In this document: piece by piece, positions 1 to 9,900 of the stretch
Layout: each line of letters starts with the position of its first letter
Numbering within the stretch: the stretch's first letter is position 1
IMG/VR virus record: IMGVR_UViG_3300021400_000063
Strand: one strand, 5' to 3'
Source of the DNA: a virus
Taxonomy: Duplodnaviria > Caudoviricetes
Length of the DNA: 64,000 nucleotides
Notes under the pieces: model-generated
Told to the model about the DNA's origin: nothing
Databases searched by the model: none
What the model saw: the letters and a program-made list of their open reading frames with translations, nothing else
Made by a program: the position numbers and the translations under genes

Positions 1-4
1 GGCA

Positions 5-2116
5 ATGGTTACATTAGCAAAAGATTTTACAAATAACTATCCATTAATAGATGGTGCTGGTAACTGGTCTAAAGTAACTGGTGACCCTGCAGCGGCTGCA
101 CGTTATACAGAATGCCGTCTTAGTAAATTCTTTGATGACGTTTGTGAAGATATTCGTCCAGAATGTGTAGACTTTCAGCCAAATTATAATGCTAAATATC
201 AGGAACCTTGTTATATCCCATTTAAGATTCCTATGTTACTTGTAAATGGTTCATATGGAATTGCTGATTCTTATATGACTTCCGTAATGCCTCATAACTT
301 AAATGATGTTGTAGAAGTATGTAAGAAATATATCAGAGATAAATCTATTGATTTGATTGAACTCTGTGAAGATTTTTATCCAGATTGTCCTAATTACGGA
401 ATTATCACAAATGCTGAAGAAATTGAAGCTTGTTATAAATTAGGACTTCCAGCAAATGTAAAGATGAAAGCAACTCTTGAAATTAATAGGGAAGAAAATA
501 CGATCGTAATTAAAGATCTTCCTTATGGAATGACAGAATTGGATGTTTTAAATGCTTTGAAAACTCAAAACGAAAAGAAACATGCTGTTCTTAGTAAAGT
601 TATTAAACTTATCGAAATGAAAACAGAAAGAGAAGGTGAACTTCATATTGAGTATGATGTTGAATTCGATAAGAGCGCTAACATTCTTGAAGTTGCTAGA
701 GATCTTGAAAAATATTGTCTTTGTAAAACTGTTCCATGTTCAATGATTGAATTCGACGGTTCATTTGTTCATAATGTTTCTATTAAGAAAATCATTGAAA
801 AATGGTATGAAACATTATATACAACGAAGACACGAAAAATTCAGTATCAGTATAATAATATTGCTACTAGAAAACATATTATCGAAGGTATGATTAAGAT
901 TTATGATCATATTGACGAATATATTAATTTCGTAAAAACATCTTCTGGTCAGGAAGATTGTATCAGATATCTTACAAATAAACATGGACTTACTGATATC
1001 CAGTCTAAAGCTATTACAGAAATGCAGAGTTATAAGTTTAGTAAACTTTCTAAACAAACACTTATTGATCAAGTAGCAGAGCTTCAGACAAAACTCGATG
1101 AACTTGATGGAAAACTTCTTGTAATAGATGATGAAATTATTGCTGATCTTGATAAAATTAAAGCAGCTTATGGACGTCCTAGAAGAACATTAGTACAGGA
1201 TAATGATGAATTTGATGAAGCAAAATCATCAACAATTCCAATGTCTAATGGTGCTGTAATTTGGACAAGAAATCAATATTCAATCTTTGATTTAAATGGT
1301 TTACTTAATAGTAAAAATCTCATTAATGGATTACGTTCTGTTAAAGTTGATGGTAAAGCTGTAAAAGAAATTATAGGTTTGAATAATGTTAATTCGGATC
1401 TTAATTCAATTATTATGTTTACAAATGATGGAGCAGCTAAACGTATTGATGTTTCTGAAATTGTTGGTACTAATAGTTGGATTACAATTTCTGATGAGCC
1501 TATTATTAAATCAGTTATTCCTGTATCATCTGAAGATGAAAAAATCATTATCGTATCTGATGATTCTAAGATTCGTATAACAACAGTAGATCAGTTTGGT
1601 AAACAATCTGTAAAGGTTGGAGGAGTTGCTCTCGCTCAGAAATTAAATCCAAATTGTGATTATGTAATCTTTATGAATTCTAAAGGTGCTTATCATCTTA
1701 TTAAGATTTCGGATATACCTGAACTTGGAAGATCTGCAAGTGGCGTAATGATTGATTTCAATGATGATGTTAAAAATGTTGAAATGGTTCAGATTGAAAG
1801 AGATTCTGATGAAATGCTTATTTGTAGTGTAGTAGATACATCTGATGGATCTACATATGTTATGAAAGGTGAACAGAGTCTTCTTGAAGATACTAACCGT
1901 GTTAATAAACCTAAGAAGTTATTCGAATTGGATAACAATTTTAAAGTTACAAATGTAAATAAAATTGATATATCTGATAAGAATATGAAAAATCTTCTTA
2001 TTGGTAAAAACAACACCGCTACTTTAGCTAATCTAACAGTTCGTCTGTCAGATATGGGTAAGGTTCCTAAGAAAGTATCAACTGATACAGTTGGTATTGT
2101 TAGTTATAATCTATAA
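5..2116 (+). CDS. gyrA: Type IIA DNA topoisomerase subunit A (GyrA/ParC-like), probably 5'-truncated by the window edge
   Basis: YPLIDGAGNWSKVTGDPAAAARYTECRLS matches the GyrA/ParC active-site region (AAxRY catalytic Tyr); also PMLLVNGSYGIA, PHNL, IKDLPY and GRSASGV pinwheel-type motif. The usual N-terminal ~90 aa are absent. Confidence 0.93.
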   Translation: MVTLAKDFTNNYPLIDGAGNWSKVTGDPAAAARYTECRLSKFFDDVCEDIRPECVDFQPNYNAKYQEPCYIPFKIPMLLVNGSYGIADSYMTSVMPHNLNDVVEVCKKYIRDKSIDLIELCEDFYPDCPNYGIITNAEEIEACYKLGLPANVKMKATLEINREENTIVIKDLPYGMTELDVLNALKTQNEKKHAVLSKVIKLIEMKTEREGELHIEYDVEFDKSANILEVARDLEKYCLCKTVPCSMIEFDGSFVHNVSIKKIIEKWYETLYTTKTRKIQYQYNNIATRKHIIEGMIKIYDHIDEYINFVKTSSGQEDCIRYLTNKHGLTDIQSKAITEMQSYKFSKLSKQTLIDQVAELQTKLDELDGKLLVIDDEIIADLDKIKAAYGRPRRTLVQDNDEFDEAKSSTIPMSNGAVIWTRNQYSIFDLNGLLNSKNLINGLRSVKVDGKAVKEIIGLNNVNSDLNSIIMFTNDGAAKRIDVSEIVGTNSWITISDEPIIKSVIPVSSEDEKIIIVSDDSKIRITTVDQFGKQSVKVGGVALAQKLNPNCDYVIFMNSKGAYHLIKISDIPELGRSASGVMIDFNDDVKNVEMVQIERDSDEMLICSVVDTSDGSTYVMKGEQSLLEDTNRVNKPKKLFELDNNFKVTNVNKIDISDKNMKNLLIGKNNTATLANLTVRLSDMGKVPKKVSTDTVGIVSYNL

Positions 2117-2122
2117 ACGATT

Positions 2123-2152
2123 AAAAGATGGGAAGTATTATTCCCATCTTTT
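2123..2152 (+). terminator. Intrinsic terminator
   Basis: AAAAGATGGGAA-loop-TTCCCATCTTTT directly after the topoisomerase stop. Confidence 0.8.
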
Positions 2153-2154
2153 AT

Positions 2155-2163
2155 TTATATATT
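2155..2163 (+). promoter_or_regulatory. Early-type phage promoter motif TTATATATT
   Basis: Recurring intergenic motif upstream of an RBS; one of about 18 copies. Confidence 0.65.
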
Positions 2164-2195
2164 TTCATAAAAATATAGAGGAGGTTTAGTTATAT

Positions 2196-3350
2196 ATGAA
2201 ATTACCATTTTGTGAGAGTGCTCCGAAGTTTGGTTCTTCGGTAAAAGATGTAGATGGTTTTAAATCATATAACAGATTTATAGTATTGTCGTCCGTGACT
2301 TCAACTACTATTCCAAATATTCTTGAAATGTTATTTAGTTTGACGCCATTTGGTACAAGTTCTTTTGCACCAAATACAAAAAAGACAAGAGTATTAGTTA
2401 TTAATACATCAGAGGTTTATGGTTCCATTCACGGTATTGTTGATACTAGAAATAGAAATGTTTTTATTCATCATGGTGTAGCCGATTGTGATATTGAACA
2501 AATTGATGGCGATACACCTATATTGTTTACAGACATTGACTGGAATGTTATAGTTGATAAACCTGATGAAATTATGAGTGGTCCTTCTTATAAAGGATTA
2601 ACAACAGTTCAATTATCATACGATATCACTTCACGAGGATATGAAATTACTCGTGAAAGTTCAAGAGATCGAGATATTTTGATTCCTTTACCAGAATACT
2701 ATGATGAAAAAGACATGATTATGCTTGGTGGAATTGAAGAATCATACGGACAGCATTTGTTCGATTTAAATGAAGAGCAGTATGATATGAGTACTGAACA
2801 GTATGTAAATTCTTTACATAAAACAACATTGAATCAGTTGATGGATGACCATACTAAAGTATATAAATTGAATATTCGTATAGAGAATCTTTCATCTAAA
2901 ATAATTACAGATGTAAGTTATAATGAGCAATTGAATAATACTATTACTGAAATTTGTAGTGAACTTAAATATGGTTTGGAACATAGCGGATATTCATATG
3001 CTGAAATTATACTTAGTGGAAAACAAGGATATAATATAACTTTTGAAAAATTAAGGTCATATTTAAATTTGTCTCCTATCGAAGTCCGTGCTAATTTTAT
3101 GATGTTATGTGGAGATGTTGATAGAGTTAATGAAATATACATGTGCGATCAAAATGATTATTCGTTATTAATCACAATGGATCATGCAAATGTAAAAGTT
3201 TGTATTGTTGATTTAGCTCCAAATATTAACACATTTAATGTTAATAAAACAGATTCGAATGTTAAAGGTCTTTCAGAGCAATTAAAATTTAATAATCCTG
3301 GTTTATGTGAATTTCATGCTGCTATGGATAGAGATCATTCTACTTTTTAA
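2196..3350 (+). CDS. Hypothetical protein
   Basis: 384-aa ORF with GAGGAGG RBS; no recognised motif. Confidence 0.85.
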   Translation: MKLPFCESAPKFGSSVKDVDGFKSYNRFIVLSSVTSTTIPNILEMLFSLTPFGTSSFAPNTKKTRVLVINTSEVYGSIHGIVDTRNRNVFIHHGVADCDIEQIDGDTPILFTDIDWNVIVDKPDEIMSGPSYKGLTTVQLSYDITSRGYEITRESSRDRDILIPLPEYYDEKDMIMLGGIEESYGQHLFDLNEEQYDMSTEQYVNSLHKTTLNQLMDDHTKVYKLNIRIENLSSKIITDVSYNEQLNNTITEICSELKYGLEHSGYSYAEIILSGKQGYNITFEKLRSYLNLSPIEVRANFMMLCGDVDRVNEIYMCDQNDYSLLITMDHANVKVCIVDLAPNINTFNVNKTDSNVKGLSEQLKFNNPGLCEFHAAMDRDHSTF

Positions 3351-3387
3351 ATGATTTATATATTAAGAATTTAAAGAGGAGTAAAAT

Positions 3388-4515
3388 ATGAAATTAAATA
3401 CTTGGAACAAACCGACACAATTTTTAAACAATGTCGGGTTTGAATTAGAGCAAAGTAATATCTTAGAAGCACATCGATACATCTATCTATTCTTTGCTCC
3501 AGAAGACATATTGAATCATCAAAACAATACAAACATTCCGCATAATCAGATTTATGGAAAAGCTATTCAAATAAATTTGGCTATAGCGGGATCTGATGAA
3601 GAAATCAGTGTAGTTCCATGGATGAGGTGTACAAATGGAACAACAATGTATGCTTGTATGTATACTTATGATGTAATGTTTGATACAGATATATCTAACT
3701 TTGTAAGTGCAAAATTTACATTGTTAAATGGTATGGCGGTATCATCTACAAATGATTATTCATTACATAAAACAATGTCTAATGGTTCAGCATTATATTC
3801 TAAAGATTTACGTGATAAACCTGATATGAAAACTTTATTAGCAGCTAAAACTTTGGAATATGCTCCATCAGTTCCACCTCCACAGTATTATACACCAACT
3901 CATCAGAATCTTTCAGAAAATGAAGTATATTGTATAACATCATTGGAAACAGCAATTCAATTTGAAGGACAAGAACTTCTTGATGATTATACAAGAATTT
4001 CAGTAATGAATGTTTTGGATATTGATACTATGGAAAATAAAATGCGTGATAAATTGTATCAGATTAGGGCTGCTAGAAACAATCCATTATCAGGTGTAAC
4101 CACTTATGATAGTACAGCTTTATCTGATCAATTATTGTTCCAGGAATTTGAATCCATGCAAAATGGTTATACTTACATTTATGATACTAACATGGGTGTA
4201 AATATAATTAAAACTGGAAAAGCATTTATTCCATTTGGTAAATGGCAATTCCAAGAAAAAATGGTTAATGATCTTGAAACTACATTGGATAGAATTAAAT
4301 TCCATTGTAAACAGATAGAACGTGAACATGGTCCTGTAAGATTAATGTTCACACCATTGTATTTTGGAGATAAATTGGATGCGGTGTTTAAGGATTATAA
4401 TCCCGACAATCAACCAATTTTAAAGAATAATGTAAATATCGATAATGAATCGAAAATTAAGAATGAAATATCTACTGAAATTTTCGATGCACAACAATTT
4501 CAAGAAGAGGAGTAA
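3388..4515 (+). CDS. Hypothetical protein
   Basis: 375-aa ORF, AGAGGAG RBS, TTATATATT at 3356-3364. Confidence 0.85.
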   Translation: MKLNTWNKPTQFLNNVGFELEQSNILEAHRYIYLFFAPEDILNHQNNTNIPHNQIYGKAIQINLAIAGSDEEISVVPWMRCTNGTTMYACMYTYDVMFDTDISNFVSAKFTLLNGMAVSSTNDYSLHKTMSNGSALYSKDLRDKPDMKTLLAAKTLEYAPSVPPPQYYTPTHQNLSENEVYCITSLETAIQFEGQELLDDYTRISVMNVLDIDTMENKMRDKLYQIRAARNNPLSGVTTYDSTALSDQLLFQEFESMQNGYTYIYDTNMGVNIIKTGKAFIPFGKWQFQEKMVNDLETTLDRIKFHCKQIEREHGPVRLMFTPLYFGDKLDAVFKDYNPDNQPILKNNVNIDNESKIKNEISTEIFDAQQFQEEE

Positions 4516-4518
4516 AAT

Positions 4519-4737
4519 ATGCCACCAGAAGAAGTACTTACAAAAGAATTGTCTTATGAAGAATCTATAAGAAAAGATGAACGACAAAAAGTGTATGAGG
4601 AGATTATCAAATATTGTGAAGAACAAAAATCAAAATTGATGAATCTCTCCATACCTATTAGAAACATGCCAATTTCCGTATTAAATAAAGTTATCGAATT
4701 TTGTTGTGATAATGAAACTGATGAAATTAAATGCTAA
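4519..4737 (+). CDS. Small hypothetical protein
   Basis: 72 aa, GAGGAG RBS, tightly packed between neighbours. Confidence 0.75.
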   Translation: MPPEEVLTKELSYEESIRKDERQKVYEEIIKYCEEQKSKLMNLSIPIRNMPISVLNKVIEFCCDNETDEIKC

Positions 4738-4753
4738 GTTATAGGGGGATAAA

Positions 4754-5728
4754 ATGGCTTACAGAACTAAATACCACAATCTTATTTGGAATAATTATCT
4801 TAATAAAGTATTTGACTTTATTGGATTAACAACTGAAAGTTCGAGCGGATGTTCAAGAATTAAATGGGTTGGTTGTGATTATACAAAAAATAATAAACCT
4901 GTTCCTGCTTACTTTATTACTACAAAATATGATAAAGATAACAAAGTTGATGTTCAGAAAATCAATGTTCTTATTAAATCGCAGGATGAATTCTTTAACT
5001 ATAAAGCTAACAAAGATCATTATGAGTATTTCAATCCAATTATTAAAAATAAACAGATGTTGAAATTACTTCTCATGATGACACCAATTATCTATGAAAG
5101 ATATTGTATTACTGAAGATTCTGATGATGATTTGAAAGAACTTGTAGACATGATTGTTTCTGATGAACGAACTGTAACTCAGGAAGAAATTGTAAATCAT
5201 GTTAATGTAAAACAATATCCTTCTGTTACAGGAGATGATGGTGAATTAGTGTATTCATTTGGAATGGATATAACTCGTGATAATGGTGAAACGTGTCATT
5301 TTACAGCATCAAGTAAAAACAAAAGTGTTGCGATTCTTCTCCTCATGATAAAGACTATTGAACTTATCGATGGCGAAGGTCCAGATCTTGATGAAAGTTA
5401 TTTCGAACCAATTGAAACTGAAATTGAAGAACTATTTGAAGAATATGCTAAAGAAAGAGAACGTAACTATAAAGATCTCAAGAATGTTGTAATTGAGAAA
5501 GAAGTTACAGATTTCTCTCAAGATCTTTCTGAAGATGATATCGCATTTGTTAACGATACAGATGATCTCATATCTCCTAATATGTCAGCTGAAACTGAAG
5601 CTAAACTTGTTGAAGAAAATACTGATAAAACTGGAACTATTAGCCTTTCTAATGTTTATCAGAATGTTATTCCAATTATGCCAAAAGATTCAGATGATGA
5701 ACCTGAAATGGATTTTGCATTTATCTAA
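4754..5728 (+). CDS. Hypothetical protein with acidic C-terminus
   Basis: 324 aa, AGGGGG RBS, followed by terminator. Confidence 0.85.
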   Translation: MAYRTKYHNLIWNNYLNKVFDFIGLTTESSSGCSRIKWVGCDYTKNNKPVPAYFITTKYDKDNKVDVQKINVLIKSQDEFFNYKANKDHYEYFNPIIKNKQMLKLLLMMTPIIYERYCITEDSDDDLKELVDMIVSDERTVTQEEIVNHVNVKQYPSVTGDDGELVYSFGMDITRDNGETCHFTASSKNKSVAILLLMIKTIELIDGEGPDLDESYFEPIETEIEELFEEYAKERERNYKDLKNVVIEKEVTDFSQDLSEDDIAFVNDTDDLISPNMSAETEAKLVEENTDKTGTISLSNVYQNVIPIMPKDSDDEPEMDFAFI

Positions 5729-5736
5729 TAATTAAC

Positions 5737-5775
5737 AAAAGAAGTAGGAGATTAATTTCTCCTACTTCTTTTTTT
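5737..5775 (+). terminator. Intrinsic terminator
   Basis: AAAAGAAGTAGGAGA / TCTCCTACTTCTTTTTTT inverted repeat with T-tract. Confidence 0.85.
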
Positions 5776-5776
5776 A

Positions 5777-5789
5777 ACAATTTAATATA
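5777..5789 (+). promoter_or_regulatory. Late-type phage promoter ACA-N6-TATA
   Basis: ACAATTTAATATA; same spacing at 12 intergenic sites. Confidence 0.65.
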
Positions 5790-5833
5790 TCATTAATTTG
5801 ATTAATAACTGAAACCGGAGATTTACTAGAGTT

Positions 5834-6808
5834 ATGAATACTTTATTTTTGCAAACTACGACACCTAATCCTATTAGTTCAGAAGCTATTAATCAAGTCC
5901 AATCTATCGTGAATACAATGGCATCTGATGCATTTCCAAAAGCATTCGGATTCTTGTGTTTAATTGTAGTAATTATTTTTTTATTTTTAACTTTTGTTGC
6001 TAAGATTTTTGAAAAACTTCTTTCAAAAACTGAATACATTAAACTTGGCTTTTTAACATTTAAAAATAAAAAACATACAGATAATGAAACTAAAATCAAT
6101 AATCACGAAATTGATATAAATATATTTATTCGAATACTCGATGTTATAATGACTGCTGAATTAGAAAAATTCTCATCTGAAATTATAACAGCTACAAAAG
6201 ATATTCGAAAAATAGAAGATACTTACGACGATCAAGCACACAATATTTTTAACAAAACATTAAATACTGTTAAAACTGAATATCACGATAGATTATTAGT
6301 TGTTGCTATGAACACAACTGGATTTGATTTACTTAAGATTAAAAATAGTAGAGAATATTTCTTTATCTTAGACTTACTGCGAGATTTTGAAATAGATTGG
6401 CTTAAGTGTTCAAAAGAAATAACTAGACGAAATGGGTTTGTCGAATTTTTAAATGATAAAAATAAATCTAAAGATTATATTGAGGAATTGCAAGAATGTA
6501 TCTTTCAATGTATAGATTCTCGTAAACTTGATATGACTGAAATTAAACGTGATGAACTTGAAGAATCATTAAAAACTGTAAATACAGAAATGTATAATTC
6601 TCTTGAAAAGATGTTTACTAATTTAGCTAATCTTAAAAAATCAATGTTATTAAAACGTGAAGCTAAATTGAAATATATTGATGATACTGTTAAAAATTCA
6701 GCTACAAATATAATTACAATAATTAAAACACGTATTTTAAATAATATGATTAATGACACTTTACAGCTACAACATCACGAAACTTCTAAGAATAATACAG
6801 ATTTATAA
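5834..6808 (+). CDS. Single-pass membrane protein (holin candidate, unproven)
   Basis: One N-proximal TM helix FGFLCLIVVIIFLFLTFVA followed by a large helical domain; late-type promoter. Confidence 0.6.
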   Translation: MNTLFLQTTTPNPISSEAINQVQSIVNTMASDAFPKAFGFLCLIVVIIFLFLTFVAKIFEKLLSKTEYIKLGFLTFKNKKHTDNETKINNHEIDINIFIRILDVIMTAELEKFSSEIITATKDIRKIEDTYDDQAHNIFNKTLNTVKTEYHDRLLVVAMNTTGFDLLKIKNSREYFFILDLLRDFEIDWLKCSKEITRRNGFVEFLNDKNKSKDYIEELQECIFQCIDSRKLDMTEIKRDELEESLKTVNTEMYNSLEKMFTNLANLKKSMLLKREAKLKYIDDTVKNSATNIITIIKTRILNNMINDTLQLQHHETSKNNTDL

Positions 6809-6868
6809 ATATAATAAATTCACACTGATCCTAGCTTTATGCTAGGATCTTTTCTTTTTTAGGCGTTG

Positions 6869-6881
6869 ACAAACCTATATA
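6869..6881 (+). promoter_or_regulatory. Late-type phage promoter ACA-N6-TATA
   Basis: ACAAACCTATATA. Confidence 0.65.
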
Positions 6882-6901
6882 TTTATATAATGGAGTTTAT
6901 T

Positions 6902-9900
6902 ATGGGTATTAATACAAACTCATTTGAAAATTATAAAAATACTGTTGAAGCATCTGAAAAAGGTGGTTTTTTAAGTAAATTAAAAGGCTTCGGATTAGAT
7001 TCACTTGGTGGTCTTGACTCATTTATGGGAAAAGACATCATAAATGCAAATAAATTATTAAAATCTTTTAAAGGATTTAATCTCTCTGATATTCTTTCGA
7101 ATTTAGGAGGATTTTTCCAAAACTTAGCGCTTTCAGCATTAGATATGTTGAAAGATATGGGTATGGATGCCCTGAGACAACTTCAAAATGCTTCTATAAA
7201 CTTTGCATCAAATCTTGTAGAAGATTTGTATAATAATGTACGTTCGATGATGTATATTCCTGATAATGCTTTTGCTTTAACATTACAAGGTTTATATGAA
7301 GCTGGTGCAGATTTAGCATATAACGATCATTATATTCGTTCTTCAGCTTTACAAAGAGATTGGACTATAAGTTTAAAATTTATAGATGATCAATATGGTA
7401 TAGATTATAATATTCGAGATTATAAAGATCTTGAAAAAGATTTAGCTATATGTGCTGAACATTCATGCGTTAATAATTTGTACTATATATTCCGTAAAAT
7501 ATACGATCAATTAAATGATGTTCGATCTGATATAGTTGTATCAGAAACATCTTTAAAACCATATTCAAATACTATTAAAGGTTTCAAGCTTGTATCTTAT
7601 GATGAAATACCTAATTGTGATAATCTTTATGTACAAATTGGTGAAGAAAAAACTAAAATTAATAAAGATACTGAACAAGGTATAAACTTTATTCAAAATC
7701 ATAAAGATATGGATTATTATACTGAAACTATAATCGATTATGAAGGTATAGCTAATGGTTTGTATTTAGGTTATAACTATGAAACAATTGAAACTAAAAA
7801 CGATGTTGAAGCTAAATATAATGCTTATTTAGAGAATGTTAAACTTGTAAAAAATATAGAACGTTTAATGTTAGTTTATTTTAAATCATTAATAGTTCAT
7901 AGTTATACATATTTAAATGCTTCTTCTGTACAAAAATTCTTTTCTGATTTTGATACTGTTCTTTTACCTAAGTATTATGGAAAAACTGATGATAAATATA
8001 ATGGAACATACGCTTTTACACAAAATGATTGTTTAATAATGATGCCTGATTATAAAGGCAATGATGTTACTAAAAGTGATATGTATACCCAAGAATTATT
8101 AACTCAAAAAAATAATGAATATATCGCTGTATCAGGTGCTAGATCAGAAGCTTCTAAAGCTGCTATGGAAGCATTGGAAGCTAAAAATGCTGCTAAAACA
8201 ACTACAGCTTCTGCAGCAGAAGCTGGTACCACTGGAGCTATAGCTAAAATTAAAGCATTTAGAGCAAATGCAATGGAAGCCGTAGCAAAAAATCAAAATG
8301 TTTCATATACAGCTAATATTAAGAATGGAATATCTAAAACACTTCAAAATAATTCTAACAGTTTATGGAATAGATCTGGAAGTGGAATTAATGCTAAACA
8401 AGATAGTAAACGTATTTCTTCTATGTATGATCGTGATGTTGTTAAAAAATATGAACTTGTTGGAAGTTTATCTGATGCATTGGATGAGATAGATTTTTTA
8501 AATAAAGATACTGAATATATTGTTTTAAGAAATAAAAATATTAAACAAATTTATGCTCTTTTAGCTAATCCTACTATTTATGGTAATAATAGAATGGTTA
8601 ATGATTATTTCTATAAACGTTGTCAGATAAAAACAATGAATACTTTAAATCAATCATTAGCTAAGGCTGGAAGTATTTTAGGTTCATCTTACGCTGTACA
8701 AGCGCTATTTGATCTCGAAAATGCTGTTGATTCATCAGCATATGTATATCTTAAGAAAGTAGAAAACTATCTTTTAAATCCTAAAGAACACTCATATTAT
8801 GGTATGGACACTATGTTTAGTTCTGGCAATAATATGTGGACACAGTTTGGTGATTATTTTAAACAAGCATATTCCTGGGACGATTCTATAAGCGATGATC
8901 CTGAATTAGAATCTATTATTGAAAAACTTTCAGAAGTTTCAAATACAACATCTGACACTTCTTCAAAAACTAGTGTATCTGAAATTGATCCTATAAAAGA
9001 TTTAACTTCTGAAAATGGTGCTAATGGTGAAACTTATGCAGAAATATTAAATCAATTAGATTCTGAAAATACTGCAAAATTATATGTTGATAATGTTGTT
9101 AGATTTATGTCTGAAATTTCGATGTTGGATCTTAGAGATATGTTAGTTAAATATCTTACAGCTTTCTACAAATATATGAAAGCTAGAGATTATGAACCTG
9201 ATACATATTTCGAAACTCTTATTAAATCAATGTCTGGTATTGACGGAATTACACATTATGATGATTTAAATTCCAAAGTATTTAGTAAATCTACACATAA
9301 AACATTATTAGCTAATGGTAAATTCTTAGTATCTATATATGCTTTAAAGAATTCTTACAAATATTTCTTAGAGAATGAAAAAGATACAAATAAAGAAGAA
9401 CTTACTAAAATTTACAATCTTGTATTTGCTATGGGTTCAGCAGATATTCAAATGAGTGGAACTATAACAGGATTGTACAAATTTGATAAAGAGCAATTAA
9501 ATTCTCTTGTAAAAAGAAATTTCTTTACATCTATAGACCATCTTAAATCTATAAATGATAAAACTAAACCACTTATTAAAACAGCTCCAAGATATAAAGA
9601 TAATTTAACCAAATCATTTAACTATAAATTCGATTTACGTGGTATATCAGGTTATAGTTTAGATAATGATAGAATTTTATATGTACCAGAAAATAGTACT
9701 GGAGATTGGAATTCTATAGGTGTAAGTAATGATAAAGAAATTGGATCTTTCTTTTGTAAAAGTAATATAAATGGTGATGGTAACGGAATTTATAGAAGAA
9801 CTTATGAAGGAACTACTTTAAATAGAATTGATGTAGTTTCTAATTCTGGAACAAAAATCACAGATAGAGAATTCTTTGTAATTACATTTGACGATCATGG

